Below, piece after piece: positions 9,415-20,157 of a stretch of DNA of 64,000 bases; position 1 is the first letter of the stretch, and every line of letters starts with the position of its first letter. The notes beneath the pieces are model-generated. The model ran no database searches. It saw only the letters and a list, made by a program, of their open reading frames with translations, and was not told the origin of the DNA. Location: the NCBI GenBank assembly GCA_965248435.1, contig OZ252100.1, forward strand, positions 3,072,001 to 3,136,000, read 5' to 3'. Source of the DNA: Candidatus Latescibacterota bacterium. GTDB taxonomy: Bacteria; Latescibacterota; UBA2968; GCA-2709665. The translations under genes and the position numbers were made by a program.

Positions 9415-9640
9415 GTAAAGCCCTCGTTCTGAGTTGTAAGTCCAAAACGCCAACTCAACTCCGGATTGAATTAAGAAGACGGTCTCAGGTTTGTCAAGGT
9501 CTTTTGGAGATCCCGTATGGGATAACGATGGGTCACACAAGATGTAGTAGTGATTTTTTGTGGCCTCACCATCTTGCGATATATCATCTAACTGTATGTT
9601 GCACAATTTGTTGCAAAAATGCACACCGCTCAGAAACGGC

Positions 9641-9669
9641 TTGACATTCTTCATTCCATTCGTTAGCAT
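9641..9669 (+). promoter_or_regulatory. Sigma70-type promoter for dnaA
   Basis: TTGACA (9641-9646), 17 bp spacer, TAGCAT (9664-9669). Confidence 0.6.
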
Positions 9670-9988
9670 AGTCGCGTCGAGTCCCTCTCCGGCTACAACG
9701 CTCTCCTGTTAAGTTTGTTTCCCCATTCCCTTGGTTGCTCGTCCTGATTTCCTCCTTTAAAACGGACAGGATCCACTATTCGTTTTTGGGGTGAAGGTCC
9801 CCCGGGTTGTTCGACGAAGTCCTTTTCCTCCCGTTGAAGACCCATCCGTTTGCCCCTGGTGGATACCTCTACCCATCGTCCGTTGTCCCCGAGGGAACAG
9901 GACAGATTGTTCCTGGCTGTACTTTCCAGAATCCCTTCCTAATTAGAGCCGAGCTGGCTGTCGATCAGCAGGATGCGGATCGGTTTGC

Positions 9989-11365
9989 ATGCGAAATAAT
10001 CCAACCGAGCTTTGGGCCAGGTGTCTCCAGGCTATCGAGGAGAAGGTCCAGCCTCAGAGCTTCCACACCTGGTTTGGGCCTACTGTCTCAAGGGTTCTCG
10101 ATCCGGACAGGGTCGTGGTCGAGGTCCCGAATGCCTTCTTCGCTGAATGGCTGGAGGAACACTACGCCAGTCTGATTCTGGACACGATACAGGTGGAGAC
10201 GTCGTGGAAACCGACCCTTGAGTTTGTCGTTCGAGGGGGCGGTAACGATTGCACCGGCCCTGTGGACTTCACGCCCTCCCGTGCCAACGCCTCATCCTGT
10301 CCGGCGATCGAGGGAGGCTGGGACGTCCTGCCTGTCCAGCTGAATCGGCGTTTCCGATTCGACCGATTCGTCGTGGGCGAAGGTAACAAGCTTTCGTATA
10401 CCGCCGCGAAGGCCGTTGCTCGGGCTCCGGGAAAGACGCCGTTCAACCCGCTCTTCCTCTATGGTGGTGTGGGACTGGGTAAGACACACCTGCTTCAGGC
10501 TATCGGCGAATTCTGCCTTCGCGAGCAGACCGCATCAAACGTGGTGTATGTAACTGCTGACCGGTTTATCTCTGAATATATTTCTTCTATTCGAAAAAGA
10601 GACACGACCGCTTTCGTTAGGCGCTATCGCTCTGCTGACGTTCTGCTTGTGGATGACATCCAATTCTTCTTTCGAACCCAGGGCTCGCAGCGAGAGTTCC
10701 TTCATACCTTTAATGCCCTCTATCAGAACGAAAAGCAGATCGTACTCAGCTCCGACTGTGAGCCCGGCTCGCTGAAAGGATTTACTGACAGCCTCGTTTC
10801 CAGGTTCCAGTCCGGTCTCGTTAGCCATGTGGAAGGACCGGACATAGACACTCGTGTTGCGATCCTCCTGGAAAAAGCAACTGAACGAGAACAGGAACTC
10901 CCGCACGAAGTGGCACATTTTCTGGCCAAACACGTTGAAACCAACATCCGGAAACTGGAAGGAGAGCTCACCCGGCTCATCGCAGTGTCTGAACTTAAGG
11001 CGCTTCGCCTTTCAGTGGACCTTGCTCGAGAAACGTTGATGGGTAAGGTCGCCCGGTCGCCCGGGACCGTCGGCCTTGAACAAATTCAAGATGCCGCTTC
11101 AAAATTTTTCAACGTTTCGGTCGATCTCCTTGCGAGTCGTACACGGAAGCAGGAGGTAATGACCGCGAGACACGTCTGCATGTATCTATGTAAGTCGATT
11201 ACTGGCGCCCCACTTAAGGCCATTGGAAATCAGTTTGGCAACCGGGATCACTCCACCGTGTTTCACGCGTGCCGCACCGTTGAGAAAAGGTTGGCCCACG
11301 ATCCGGCGTTCGAAGACCTGATTCATCAACTCGAGGCGCGCATAATGAGTTCACGGGTCGCTTGA
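9989..11365 (+). CDS. dnaA: Chromosomal replication initiator DnaA
   Basis: 'FNPLFLYGGVGLGKTHLL', 'LLVDDIQF', 'SRF..GL', domain IV 'GNRDHSTV'. Confidence 0.97.
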   Translation: MRNNPTELWARCLQAIEEKVQPQSFHTWFGPTVSRVLDPDRVVVEVPNAFFAEWLEEHYASLILDTIQVETSWKPTLEFVVRGGGNDCTGPVDFTPSRANASSCPAIEGGWDVLPVQLNRRFRFDRFVVGEGNKLSYTAAKAVARAPGKTPFNPLFLYGGVGLGKTHLLQAIGEFCLREQTASNVVYVTADRFISEYISSIRKRDTTAFVRRYRSADVLLVDDIQFFFRTQGSQREFLHTFNALYQNEKQIVLSSDCEPGSLKGFTDSLVSRFQSGLVSHVEGPDIDTRVAILLEKATEREQELPHEVAHFLAKHVETNIRKLEGELTRLIAVSELKALRLSVDLARETLMGKVARSPGTVGLEQIQDAASKFFNVSVDLLASRTRKQEVMTARHVCMYLCKSITGAPLKAIGNQFGNRDHSTVFHACRTVEKRLAHDPAFEDLIHQLEARIMSSRVA

Positions 11366-11905
11366 TCTTTTTGTTTGAGTTTTTACCCAAAGACGATTGA
11401 TGGAATCATCATTTCTATGGGAGCGTGGTTTTGTTATTGAATTAGAATTCATGAAAGATTTAAAGATTAGAAAATACAACAACAGTGCGTGTGGAATGTG
11501 GATGTGACAGATCGTCGGCGACCAAGATGTTGATGAATGTAGATGTTAGTCTAACCGTTTGAGTGTGAAGAAATCGAATCGTATGTGTGGATAAACCATG
11601 GAGTTTGAACACTTACTAAAAAAGCAAGATCGTGAGAATTTCGTTTCCACAGACTTTACGTGGATAACTAACGAGTTTGAACAGGGACTGGGTAAAAACT
11701 CGACGGAAAGGGGGGTTGTCGTTTGAGTCGAGAGGCATATTCTTCGAGAGGGTTTGCGTCCACAAAGTTGTGGAAATGGGGGGTTCCGAGGGGGTTCGAA
11801 AATGGCCCCGAAGAACACAATTTCGGGATCTGAAAGTTGACCCCAAAACAGAGCGAGTTTAGATAGCTCCGGGGCCCTGAATTCGGCCCGAATTCGGGTG
11901 GAAAA
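11366..11905. other. Probable oriC (dnaA-dnaN intergenic)
   Basis: AT-rich tract ~11366-11480; DnaA boxes TGTGGATAA (11586-11594, perfect), GTTTCCACA (11643-11651), CGTGGATAA (11659-11667), TGTGGAAAT (11769-11777), GGTGGAAAA (11897-11905), and overlapping TGTGGAATGTGGATGT (11490-11505). The + strand looks C-rich to the left and G-rich to the right. Confidence 0.85.
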
Positions 11906-11909
11906 ACCA

Positions 11910-11938
11910 TTGACAAATCCGAGAAAAATCAGTAAATT
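11910..11938 (+). promoter_or_regulatory. Sigma70-type promoter for dnaN-recF-gyrB-gyrA
   Basis: TTGACA (11910-11915), 17 bp spacer, TAAATT (11933-11938). Confidence 0.6.
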
Positions 11939-12062
11939 AGGTAAACTATATACGGCTTGAAAACGGACCCGTTTTGGGCCGATAAATCCTGTTTTTTTGG
12001 AGTCGGTTTTCGAGACCATTTTGGGGAGATCGGGCAGGAATCGTGAAGGGGGACAGACGGAC

Positions 12063-13235
12063 ATGAAAGTCGTGATCGAAAGAGAGGAATTACTTCGAGG
12101 AATCGGGTCGGTGCTTGATGTGGTGCCGTCAAAAACCGCCCTTCCTGTACTCTCGAATATCCTGATCGAGGCGGAGGATGGTGGGGGATTGCGACTCAGC
12201 GCCACTGACCTGGACGTCTCGATCAAGTGCACCTTGTCCGCTACTGTGGATGTTTCCGGGAGGACGACGGTCCCGGCTCGGAAGTTCTCTGAGATCGTCC
12301 GGGAGTTGCCGGATGAAGAGGTGTCCCTCATTGGAGAGGATGGAAAGGTGACGCTTCGGAGGAAGGGTGGCGAGGGGACCTATTCTCTGGCCTGCCTGCC
12401 TGCCGAAGACTTTCCGGAACTTCCGAAAGAGATTGAAGGGGCGAAGCTGACCCCGGAAGACTGGTTGGGAACTCCGGACAATGGACACATCCTAAAAGAC
12501 ATGATCTTCAAGACCGTGTTTGCCGTCTCGCGAGACGAGACGCGGCCAGTCCTCAACGGGGTATTGTGGCAGGTGAAAGGGGATCGTATGACCATGGTGG
12601 CCACGGACGGTCACCGGCTCATCAAGCACACGAAGTCGCTCGCGCAGCCTCCGGGTGGGGAGGCCAGCGAGGAGGCGATTGTCCCTCCACGGGCCTTGAA
12701 CCACCTCGTGAAGCTGATGTCGGCGGGAAGCAAGCTGGACCTGATTCAATTCGGGCAGAACCACCTTATGTTCCACCTCTGCGGACCTGCTGAAGGCGGA
12801 GAGACCCACCTGTTTACGCGGCTTATCGAGGGTCCGTTCGTTGACTACGAGCAAGTGATCCCTCGTGACAACCCGATGCTCCTCAAGGTTTCGGGCGGGC
12901 AACTTTCTCCTGCGGTGAGACGTGTCTCGGTGCTGTCCAGTGCGCAAACTCACCAAGTCAGGCTCAAGCTCGTCGACAACCAGGTGGAGCTTTCTGCAGA
13001 CAGTCAGGAAGTCGGGGGCGAAGCGCAGGAAAGGCTAGAGGCCAACTACAGCGGCGATGAAATGACCATAGGGTATAACGCCAGCTACCTTTTGGATATC
13101 CTGAGACGAATCGACTCCGAGGAAGTTTTATTCGAGCTGGAAAGTGCGGTGACGGCGGGCATCATCAGGCCTGCGGAGCAACCCGAGGGAGAAGACTACC
13201 TCTGTTTGATCATGCCGTTACGACTTAACGACTGA
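12063..13235 (+). CDS. dnaN: DNA polymerase III beta sliding clamp
   Basis: 'LPVLSNILI', 'ATDLD', 'DETRPVLNG', 'VATDGHRL', 'LIMPLRL'; ATG at 12063. Confidence 0.96.
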   Translation: MKVVIEREELLRGIGSVLDVVPSKTALPVLSNILIEAEDGGGLRLSATDLDVSIKCTLSATVDVSGRTTVPARKFSEIVRELPDEEVSLIGEDGKVTLRRKGGEGTYSLACLPAEDFPELPKEIEGAKLTPEDWLGTPDNGHILKDMIFKTVFAVSRDETRPVLNGVLWQVKGDRMTMVATDGHRLIKHTKSLAQPPGGEASEEAIVPPRALNHLVKLMSAGSKLDLIQFGQNHLMFHLCGPAEGGETHLFTRLIEGPFVDYEQVIPRDNPMLLKVSGGQLSPAVRRVSVLSSAQTHQVRLKLVDNQVELSADSQEVGGEAQERLEANYSGDEMTIGYNASYLLDILRRIDSEEVLFELESAVTAGIIRPAEQPEGEDYLCLIMPLRLND

Positions 13236-13249
13236 CGGGCGTAAGCTCT

Positions 13250-14332
13250 TTGCGGCTTTTGGCTCTCAAGCTGGCCAACTTCAGGAACTTTGAGCAGGCC
13301 GAGTTCGGGTTCGAGAAGCAGAAGACGATTCTTTGGGGGGAGAACGGCCGCGGGAAGTCGAACCTCCTGGAGGCAATCTTTTTTCTTGCAATCGGGAAGT
13401 CGGGCCGGGGGGCGAGAGACCGGGAGGTGCTGCGGTGGGGGGCAGGCCATTTCAGTATCGAGGGGGTTGTTGAGGCCGAGGGTGGGACGTTTCCCATTCG
13501 TCTCGCGTACGACCCCGAGGTCGGCAAAAAAGCCCGCTTACGAGAAAGGCCGATTCCCCGCCTTTCAAACTTAGTCGGTGCGTTTAACGCTGTACTCTTC
13601 TCCCCTGAAGACGTCGACCTTGTGTTGCGCGATCCCCCGCAGCGTCGCCGAATCCTTGACATTCTCGTTTCCCAATCGAGTGCCTCTTACCTTTCTGACC
13701 TTGAACGCTACCGCAGGGTGCTCTCGCAGCGCAACCGGCTGCTCAAGGAGTCTCGAGGTCAGCTGCTGTCTAATCCAGACGAAATGTCGCCCTGGAACCA
13801 ACAGCTCGCAGACCTGGGTGGACGGATCATCCGATCTCGGGTCGATGCGCTGAAGGTGTTGAATCCCTGGATTTCGGAATACTATTCAGCAATCTCAACG
13901 GGTTCTGAAGACCTAAAGGCCGAATACAAGAGCCTCGTAAATCCAAACGAAAGCGAATCTGCCCAGGGGGTTCTCGAGACCGCTCTGTCAGGGCGGCTGA
14001 AGGACGAGGTCGACCAGGGTTTCACGCTGAGTGGACCCCATCGGGACAATCTGGTTTTTCTTCTGGACGGTCGACCTGTTCACCGGTTTGGTTCTATGGG
14101 CCAGCTAAAGAGTGTGTTGCTTGCCTGGAAGCTGGCTGAGGCGAGGTTCCTGGAGTCGAAGACAGGTCAGCGTCCAGTTCTCTTGATGGATGACGTCTTT
14201 TCAGAGTTGGATCGCGGGCGGGCTACCTCTCTTATGGCGTTGCTCTCCTCTTTCGGGCAGGTCTTGTTGACGACTGCAAGAGATTCAGACCTGGACTTCG
14301 AAGCGGAGGGGTATAAGGTTGTTGCGCTTTAG
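13250..14332 (+). CDS. recF: DNA replication/repair protein RecF
   Basis: 'NFRN', 'GENGRGKSNLLEAI', 'GPHRD', 'GSMGQ', 'LLMDDVFSELD'. Confidence 0.96.
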   Translation: MRLLALKLANFRNFEQAEFGFEKQKTILWGENGRGKSNLLEAIFFLAIGKSGRGARDREVLRWGAGHFSIEGVVEAEGGTFPIRLAYDPEVGKKARLRERPIPRLSNLVGAFNAVLFSPEDVDLVLRDPPQRRRILDILVSQSSASYLSDLERYRRVLSQRNRLLKESRGQLLSNPDEMSPWNQQLADLGGRIIRSRVDALKVLNPWISEYYSAISTGSEDLKAEYKSLVNPNESESAQGVLETALSGRLKDEVDQGFTLSGPHRDNLVFLLDGRPVHRFGSMGQLKSVLLAWKLAEARFLESKTGQRPVLLMDDVFSELDRGRATSLMALLSSFGQVLLTTARDSDLDFEAEGYKVVAL

Positions 14333-14663
14333 GGAAACAGTCGGGAGGTCTGGAAGTGCGAATCCTCTGCCCCTGGAGGTCGGCCTTCGGGAAGCGATCG
14401 ACGAACTTGGCGTTGAAGGAAAACTGCTGGAACAACAAGCGCTTCTGCTTTGGCCTCGAGTTGTCGCGGCGCTAGTAGGGGGGGATGCAGAGGAGGCGTC
14501 AAGGGCGGAGCAAATTTCCAATGGTGAGCTGCGTGTGTCCGTCGAACAGGCTGCGTGGCGTCACCGTCTTCACTTTGAGCGTGAACGTATCGGAAAGGAA
14601 CTCAATCGCGTTGTGGGTCGGAATGTTGTCCGGTCGATCCGGCTGACCGGGAGCTGGAAGTGA
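14319..14663 (+). CDS. DUF721 / DciA family helicase-loading protein
   Basis: 114 aa between recF and gyrB; 'LLWPRVV', 'GELRVSV..AAWRHRL...I...LN' pattern. Confidence 0.75.
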   Translation: MLRFRETVGRSGSANPLPLEVGLREAIDELGVEGKLLEQQALLLWPRVVAALVGGDAEEASRAEQISNGELRVSVEQAAWRHRLHFERERIGKELNRVVGRNVVRSIRLTGSWK

Positions 14664-14695
14664 CCGGGCTCAATCCCTAAGAGGAGTTAACCGGC

Positions 14696-16618
14696 ATGGC
14701 GCAGGCGGTATCAGAAGTTTACCGAGCAGACAAGATTCAGGTGTTGAAGGGTCTGGAAGCAGTACGGAAACGACCGGCGATGTACATCGCAAACACCGGG
14801 ACGCAGGGGCTTCACCAGTTGGTCTGGGAACTGGTCAGCAACAGTGTGGATGAGGCCATGGAGGGGTTCTGCGACTGCATGGACGTCACCATTAACGCTG
14901 ACGGAACCCTGACCGTTGAGGACAACGGGCGTGGCATCCCGGTGGACACTCACCCCACGGAAAAGCGGCCTGCCCTGGAAGTCGTGATGACCCTCTTGCA
15001 CGCTGGGGGAAAGTTCGACAAGAAGACTTATGCGGTCTCAGGAGGTTTGCACGGTGTCGGGGTGTCGGTGGTCAACGCCCTCTCCGAGTGGTGCGAGGTT
15101 GAGGTCTGCTCGAAGCTTCTCGACCAGCGGGGCAAAGTCTACTTTCAGCGTTACGAGAGGGGTGTTCCGGTCTGTGAGATGAAGGAGACTGGGAGTCGCG
15201 AAAAGACAGGTACAAAAGTCACTTTTCTGCCGGACAAGGAAATCTTTGAAAGCACCGACTTCCAACTGGAGACGGTCGTCAACCGGTTGCGGGAGCTGGC
15301 ATTCCTGAACAAGGACCTGAGAATCACCGCGAAAGACCTGCGCGTCGGGCATGAGGAGGTGTTCCACTACGAGGGCGGGCTGAGGGCCTTTGTGGAGTAC
15401 CTGGACGAAGGCAGAACGCCTTTGCACACGCCCGCCTATCTCATAGGGGAACGAGACGGCATTGGAGTCGAGGTGGCGCTTCAGTACAACGATTCCTACT
15501 CGGAGAACATCTACAGCTTTGTGAATAACGTTTACACGATGGAGGGAGGGACGCACGAGACGGGGTTCAGAACTGCGCTCACGCACACCCTGAATGGGTA
15601 TGGTGTAAAATACAATATGTTCAAGAATACGAACTTCAATCTGTCAGGAGAGGACGCGCGCGAGGGGCTGACCGCCGTTCTGAGTGTGAAGGTGCCGGAG
15701 CCCCAGTTCGAGGGGCAGACAAAGACAAAGCTGGGCAATAGTGAGGTTAAGGGAATCGTTCAGTCGCTCGTGGGTGAGAAGCTTTCCGAATACATTGAGG
15801 AAAATCCATCTGTCGTAAAGAAGATTCTTCGAAAGGCCGTTGAGGCCGCACACGCTCGAGAGGCCGCTCGAAAGGCGCGCGAGCTGGTAAGGCGAAAGAG
15901 CGTTCTGGAAGGCGGCGGTCTGCCCGGGAAATTGCTGGACTGTTCGCTGTCCGATCGGGAGGAGACGGAGATCTTCCTGGTAGAGGGGGACTCGGCGGGC
16001 GGGTCGGCGGCAATGGGGCGGGATCGGAGGTTTCAGGCCATTCTTCCACTTTGGGGAAAGCCTTTGAACGTGGAGAAGGCGCGGGTAGACAAGGTGCTGA
16101 ACAACGATAAGCTTCAGCCGATGATGTTGGCGCTGGGTGCGGGAGTTGGCGAGGATTATAACCTTGAAAAACTACGGTATGGAAAGGTTATCGTCATGGC
16201 CGATGCAGATGTGGATGGTTCACACATCCGAACCCTGCTCTTAACCTTCTTCTTCCGGTATATGCGTCCGATGGTCAGCGCCGGCAGAGTCTACATCGCG
16301 CGGCCGCCGCTGTTCATGGTCAAGCAAGGTCGCAAAGAGCAGTACGCGTTTGACGAAGAGGAGCGGGACAGCATCGTCGAGTCGCTTGATAAGAAGGGCA
16401 AGGGGATTTCGGTTCAGCGTTACAAAGGGCTTGGAGAGATGAACCCGGAGCAGCTCTGGGAAACGACGATGGATCCCGATAGGCGAACGATCCTCCAGGT
16501 GACGCAAGAAGACGTCGTGGAGGCGGAACACGTATTTTCGATGTTGATGGGAGACGACGTCGGCCCGCGCAGGCGATTTATCGAAGAACACGCGTTGGAG
16601 GCAGAGTTGGATGTTTAG
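14696..16618 (+). CDS. gyrB: DNA gyrase subunit B (short type, 640 aa)
   Basis: 'AVRKRPAMYI', 'LHAGGKF', 'GGLHGVG', 'VEGDSAGG', 'DADVDG', 'QRYKGLGEMN'. Confidence 0.97.
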   Translation: MAQAVSEVYRADKIQVLKGLEAVRKRPAMYIANTGTQGLHQLVWELVSNSVDEAMEGFCDCMDVTINADGTLTVEDNGRGIPVDTHPTEKRPALEVVMTLLHAGGKFDKKTYAVSGGLHGVGVSVVNALSEWCEVEVCSKLLDQRGKVYFQRYERGVPVCEMKETGSREKTGTKVTFLPDKEIFESTDFQLETVVNRLRELAFLNKDLRITAKDLRVGHEEVFHYEGGLRAFVEYLDEGRTPLHTPAYLIGERDGIGVEVALQYNDSYSENIYSFVNNVYTMEGGTHETGFRTALTHTLNGYGVKYNMFKNTNFNLSGEDAREGLTAVLSVKVPEPQFEGQTKTKLGNSEVKGIVQSLVGEKLSEYIEENPSVVKKILRKAVEAAHAREAARKARELVRRKSVLEGGGLPGKLLDCSLSDREETEIFLVEGDSAGGSAAMGRDRRFQAILPLWGKPLNVEKARVDKVLNNDKLQPMMLALGAGVGEDYNLEKLRYGKVIVMADADVDGSHIRTLLLTFFFRYMRPMVSAGRVYIARPPLFMVKQGRKEQYAFDEEERDSIVESLDKKGKGISVQRYKGLGEMNPEQLWETTMDPDRRTILQVTQEDVVEAEHVFSMLMGDDVGPRRRFIEEHALEAELDV

Positions 16619-16660
16619 GCGCCACGCTTTGACACTGGTGATGGTTGAGGGGACCGATCG

Positions 16661-19180
16661 ATGATGCAGAGACAGCCCATTGTCCCGATCGACATCGGGG
16701 AGGAGATGAAGAAGTCCTACCTGGCTTACTCCATGAGTACGCTGGTAGATCGCGCACTGCCGGATGCACGAGATGGGCTGAAGCCATCTCAAAGACGGAT
16801 CCTCGTGGCCATGAACGACCTGGGCCTGACGCCGGGTCGACAACACAGAAAGTGCGCGAACATTGCCGGGCACACCTCTGGAAACTATCATCCCCACGGC
16901 GAAATGATTGTCTATCCAACCCTTGTGAATCTTGCCCAGGACTTCAAGATGCGCTACCCGCTCGTCGACGGTCAGGGCAACTTCGGGTCGATTGACGGTT
17001 ATCCGCCTGCAGCGATGCGCTACACCGAGGCGCGGATGGCCGGGCCTGGTTTCGAGATGCTGACGGATATCGATAAAGAGACCGTCAACTTCAAGCCGAA
17101 CTACGACGAGCGGATCGAGGAGCCTTCCGTGCTCCCTGCGCGCTTCCCCAACCTCCTTTGCAACGGGGCCGTCGGAATCGCGGTGAGTATGGCGACGGCC
17201 ATTCCCCCACACAACCTTGGCGAGGTCGTGGAAGCACTGGTCGCCTTGATCGACGATCCGGACCTGGGTATTGATGGTTTGATGGAGTATGTCAAATCTC
17301 CTGATTTTCCGACCGGGGGCATCATCTACGGGATCAGCGGTGTCAAAGAGGCCTACAAGACCGGCAGGGGGCATATCCACATTCGCGCCCGGGCGCATCT
17401 GGAGACGCTGAAGAACGGCCGCGAGAATATCGTGGTTACGGAAATCCCTTACATGGTCGCCAAATCTAACCTGCTGGAGAAGATGGCTGACTTGGTGCGG
17501 GATAAGAGGATCGCCGGAATCGGGAATATCCGGGACGAATCGGACCGCGAAGGAATGAGAATTGTCGTGGAGGTGAAGCGGGATGGGAATGGCGAGGTGA
17601 TTCTGAACCAGCTTTACAGGTTTACCCAGCTGGAAGCCACCTTCGCGGCCAACCTGATCGCCCTGGTCGGTGGCCAGCCCAAACGCCTGAACCTCAAGGA
17701 ACTTCTAGAGTGCTTCATCGACCACCGCCACGAGGTGGTCGTCCGACGCATGCAGTATGAACTTCGGGTGGCCGAGGACCGGGCCCACATCCTCGAGGGA
17801 TTGAAGGCGGCTCTGGAAGACATCGATCTGGTCATCAAGATCATTAGAGGGTCTGAAGATCCAGGGGAGGCACGGACGGCGTTGATGGAGAGGCTGGAGC
17901 TATCGGAGCGGCAGGCACAGGCCATTCTCTCGATGACGCTGCAACGGCTGACGAACCTGGAGCAGAGAAAGGTCGAGGAAGAGTATGAGGCGCTGATCCA
18001 GGAAATCGAGCGGCTGCGTTCTATCCTGGAAAGCCGTCCAAAGCGAATGGAAATCATCAAGTCCGAACTCAGGGAGATTGCTGAAAAGTTCGAAGATGAC
18101 CGAAGAAGCGAGATCGTGCTCTCGGGTTCTGAGTTTGACGTCGAGGACCTGATCGTCGAAGAGGACATGGTGATTACGGTCTCGCACGCCGGATACATCA
18201 AGCGGATTCCGGTTGTGACATATCGACAGCAGCATCGGGGGGGACGAGGGGTGACGGGGATGAGTACGAAAGATGAAGACTTTGTCGAACATCTATTCAT
18301 CGCCTCCACCCATCACTTCATCCTGTTTATGACGGACCGGGGTCGTTGCCACTGGCTGAAGGTACACGAAATTCCTCAGGGGACGAGGACCTCGCGGGGC
18401 AGACCTGCCGTTAACCTGATCGATATCGGCTCTGGTCACAAGATTTCAGCGATCGTTCCCGTCAAGGAGTTTGATAAAGACCACTTCCTGATGCTGGTGA
18501 CGCGGAAGGGGTTAGTGAAGAAGACCGCGCTGTCCGCATACAGCCGGCCACGACGGGGTGGGATCATCGCGATGCACGTTCTGGAAGAGGATCAGCTGAT
18601 CGGGGCTGCCCTCACGGATGGGAAGCGGGAAGTGATCATGGGTACGCAGAAGGGTCTGGCCATTCGCTTCTCGGAAGGGGACGTGAGGGATACCGGCCGT
18701 GGCTCTCAAGGTGTGAGGGGGATTTCCCTGGGAAGTGAGGACTCCGTCATCGGGACGGTCGTCTCAGGGGAGGGAGAGGGGAGTTTACTCACGGTGTGTG
18801 CAAACGGCTATGGAAAGCGAACGCATGTTTCGGATTATCGCCACACGCGTCGCGGGGGTAAGGGTGTGATCAACATCAAGACGACGGAGCGGAACGGAGA
18901 CGTCGTGTCGATCATTCAGGTTGTGGATGACGACGAACTGATGATCATCTCTCAGGGCGGTATCCTGATTCGACAGCCGATACGGGACATTAGCTCGATC
19001 GGCCGCAACACCCAGGGGGTGAAGCTGATCAACTTGGAAGCGGGCGACAGGGTCTTCGGGGTTGCCCGGATTGTGAGGGGGAACGGGGGTGCCGCGCCGG
19101 AAGGCGGGACTGACCGTGAAGGGGAGGATGGAGGGGGCCTTTCGGACTCTGATGGGAACGGAAGAGAGGGGACTCGATAG
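16661..19180 (+). CDS. gyrA: DNA gyrase subunit A
   Basis: '[12 protein letters not shown]', 'YHPHG', catalytic 'AAMRYTEAR', GyrA-box 'QHRGGRG', beta-pinwheel repeats. Confidence 0.97.
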   Translation: MMQRQPIVPIDIGEEMKKSYLAYSMSTLVDRALPDARDGLKPSQRRILVAMNDLGLTPGRQHRKCANIAGHTSGNYHPHGEMIVYPTLVNLAQDFKMRYPLVDGQGNFGSIDGYPPAAMRYTEARMAGPGFEMLTDIDKETVNFKPNYDERIEEPSVLPARFPNLLCNGAVGIAVSMATAIPPHNLGEVVEALVALIDDPDLGIDGLMEYVKSPDFPTGGIIYGISGVKEAYKTGRGHIHIRARAHLETLKNGRENIVVTEIPYMVAKSNLLEKMADLVRDKRIAGIGNIRDESDREGMRIVVEVKRDGNGEVILNQLYRFTQLEATFAANLIALVGGQPKRLNLKELLECFIDHRHEVVVRRMQYELRVAEDRAHILEGLKAALEDIDLVIKIIRGSEDPGEARTALMERLELSERQAQAILSMTLQRLTNLEQRKVEEEYEALIQEIERLRSILESRPKRMEIIKSELREIAEKFEDDRRSEIVLSGSEFDVEDLIVEEDMVITVSHAGYIKRIPVVTYRQQHRGGRGVTGMSTKDEDFVEHLFIASTHHFILFMTDRGRCHWLKVHEIPQGTRTSRGRPAVNLIDIGSGHKISAIVPVKEFDKDHFLMLVTRKGLVKKTALSAYSRPRRGGIIAMHVLEEDQLIGAALTDGKREVIMGTQKGLAIRFSEGDVRDTGRGSQGVRGISLGSEDSVIGTVVSGEGEGSLLTVCANGYGKRTHVSDYRHTRRGGKGVINIKTTERNGDVVSIIQVVDDDELMIISQGGILIRQPIRDISSIGRNTQGVKLINLEAGDRVFGVARIVRGNGGAAPEGGTDREGEDGGGLSDSDGNGREGTR

Positions 19181-19402
19181 GGTTATGCTGGAGGCCTGCT
19201 CGATTGGGCGGGTCGTGGCGGTCAGTCTTTCGACAACTGTGGATAACGCCCGAAATGTCTGATTCAGAGGAAGTTCGGGCCCCCGGGCAGCCTATTTGGC
19301 ATAAGGGTTGCTCTAATTGTTTTGAACAGTCTCCCTTGGCAGGCGCTTCTGGCCTTGTCAGAAGGGATACACCGGCTTCAACTCGATTTGAGGATAAGGG
19401 CT

Positions 19403-20059
19403 TTGTTCAGCGATCGACGGAAATTCCCCCTGTTCTGCGTCCTGCTTGGGATCGCTCCGCTGCCCCTATTGCTCTCTTGTGAAGAGCCGAGTCTGGAGGG
19501 AGCGGAGAAGGTAACGGCGAAGAGCGAGGTCAGCCGTGCATCCGCGCCCGAACTGAGTCTGAAGTGTCTGGACGGAGAGACGATCCGCCTCTCGGACTAC
19601 CGTGGGAAGGTTCTGGTCGTCAACTTTTGGGCCACCTGGTGTCCCCCTTGCATTGCTGAAATTCCTCACTTCGTGGACCTCTACCGAGATTACAAGGACA
19701 AAGGCGTGCAAGTGGTCGGTGTCTCGATGGACTTTGAAGCTGACCCGGACTACATACAGGAGTTCTGCCGAGAGGCGGGCATGGACTACCCGATCGCGAA
19801 GGTAAAGGACTACTCGGAAGTTCAGAAGATCAATCGGATCTGGTCTGCCGTAGAGGGGATTCCTACGGTGGACGGGGTAGGGGAGGGGGAACCCCAAATG
19901 GGCGATGGGAGTGTGATGATGATGCCTACGACGTTTATCATCGATCAGGATGGATACATCTTCAGAAAACATATAGGGCCACGGGAAAGGAAAGACCTGG
20001 AGCCGGAGTTCCTGATGCTTTTGAAACGGGGAACGGAAGAAGCGGCTCCCAGGTCGTAG
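19403..20059 (+). CDS. TlpA/ResA-family thiol-disulfide oxidoreductase, probable lipoprotein
   Basis: 'VVNFWATWCPPCIAEIP', cis-Pro 'MPTTFIID'; lipobox-like 'LLLSC'. Start uncertain (TTG 19403 after GAGGA). Confidence 0.85.
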   Translation: MFSDRRKFPLFCVLLGIAPLPLLLSCEEPSLEGAEKVTAKSEVSRASAPELSLKCLDGETIRLSDYRGKVLVVNFWATWCPPCIAEIPHFVDLYRDYKDKGVQVVGVSMDFEADPDYIQEFCREAGMDYPIAKVKDYSEVQKINRIWSAVEGIPTVDGVGEGEPQMGDGSVMMMPTTFIIDQDGYIFRKHIGPRERKDLEPEFLMLLKRGTEEAAPRS

Positions 20060-20083
20060 GCTCAGGTTTCCTGGTCGAAGCAG

Positions 20084-20117
20084 AAAAGGCACCGGCGCAG
20101 AAACCCGGGGCCTTTTT
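20084..20117. terminator. Probable bidirectional intrinsic terminator
   Basis: AAAAGGC(A)CCGG...CCGG(G)GCCTTTTT between convergent genes. Confidence 0.5.
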
Positions 20118-20157
20118 ATAATTTGGTCACTCGCTGTTCTTCCGTTAGATGGTGACG

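Noticed and set aside
11546-12062. Several ORFs in the dnaA-dnaN spacer
   Set aside because: No recognisable motifs; they overlap DnaA boxes and a promoter, so the region is better explained as oriC.
16241-17398. 385-aa minus-strand ORF across the gyrB/gyrA junction
   Set aside because: Antisense shadow of highly conserved gyrase genes.
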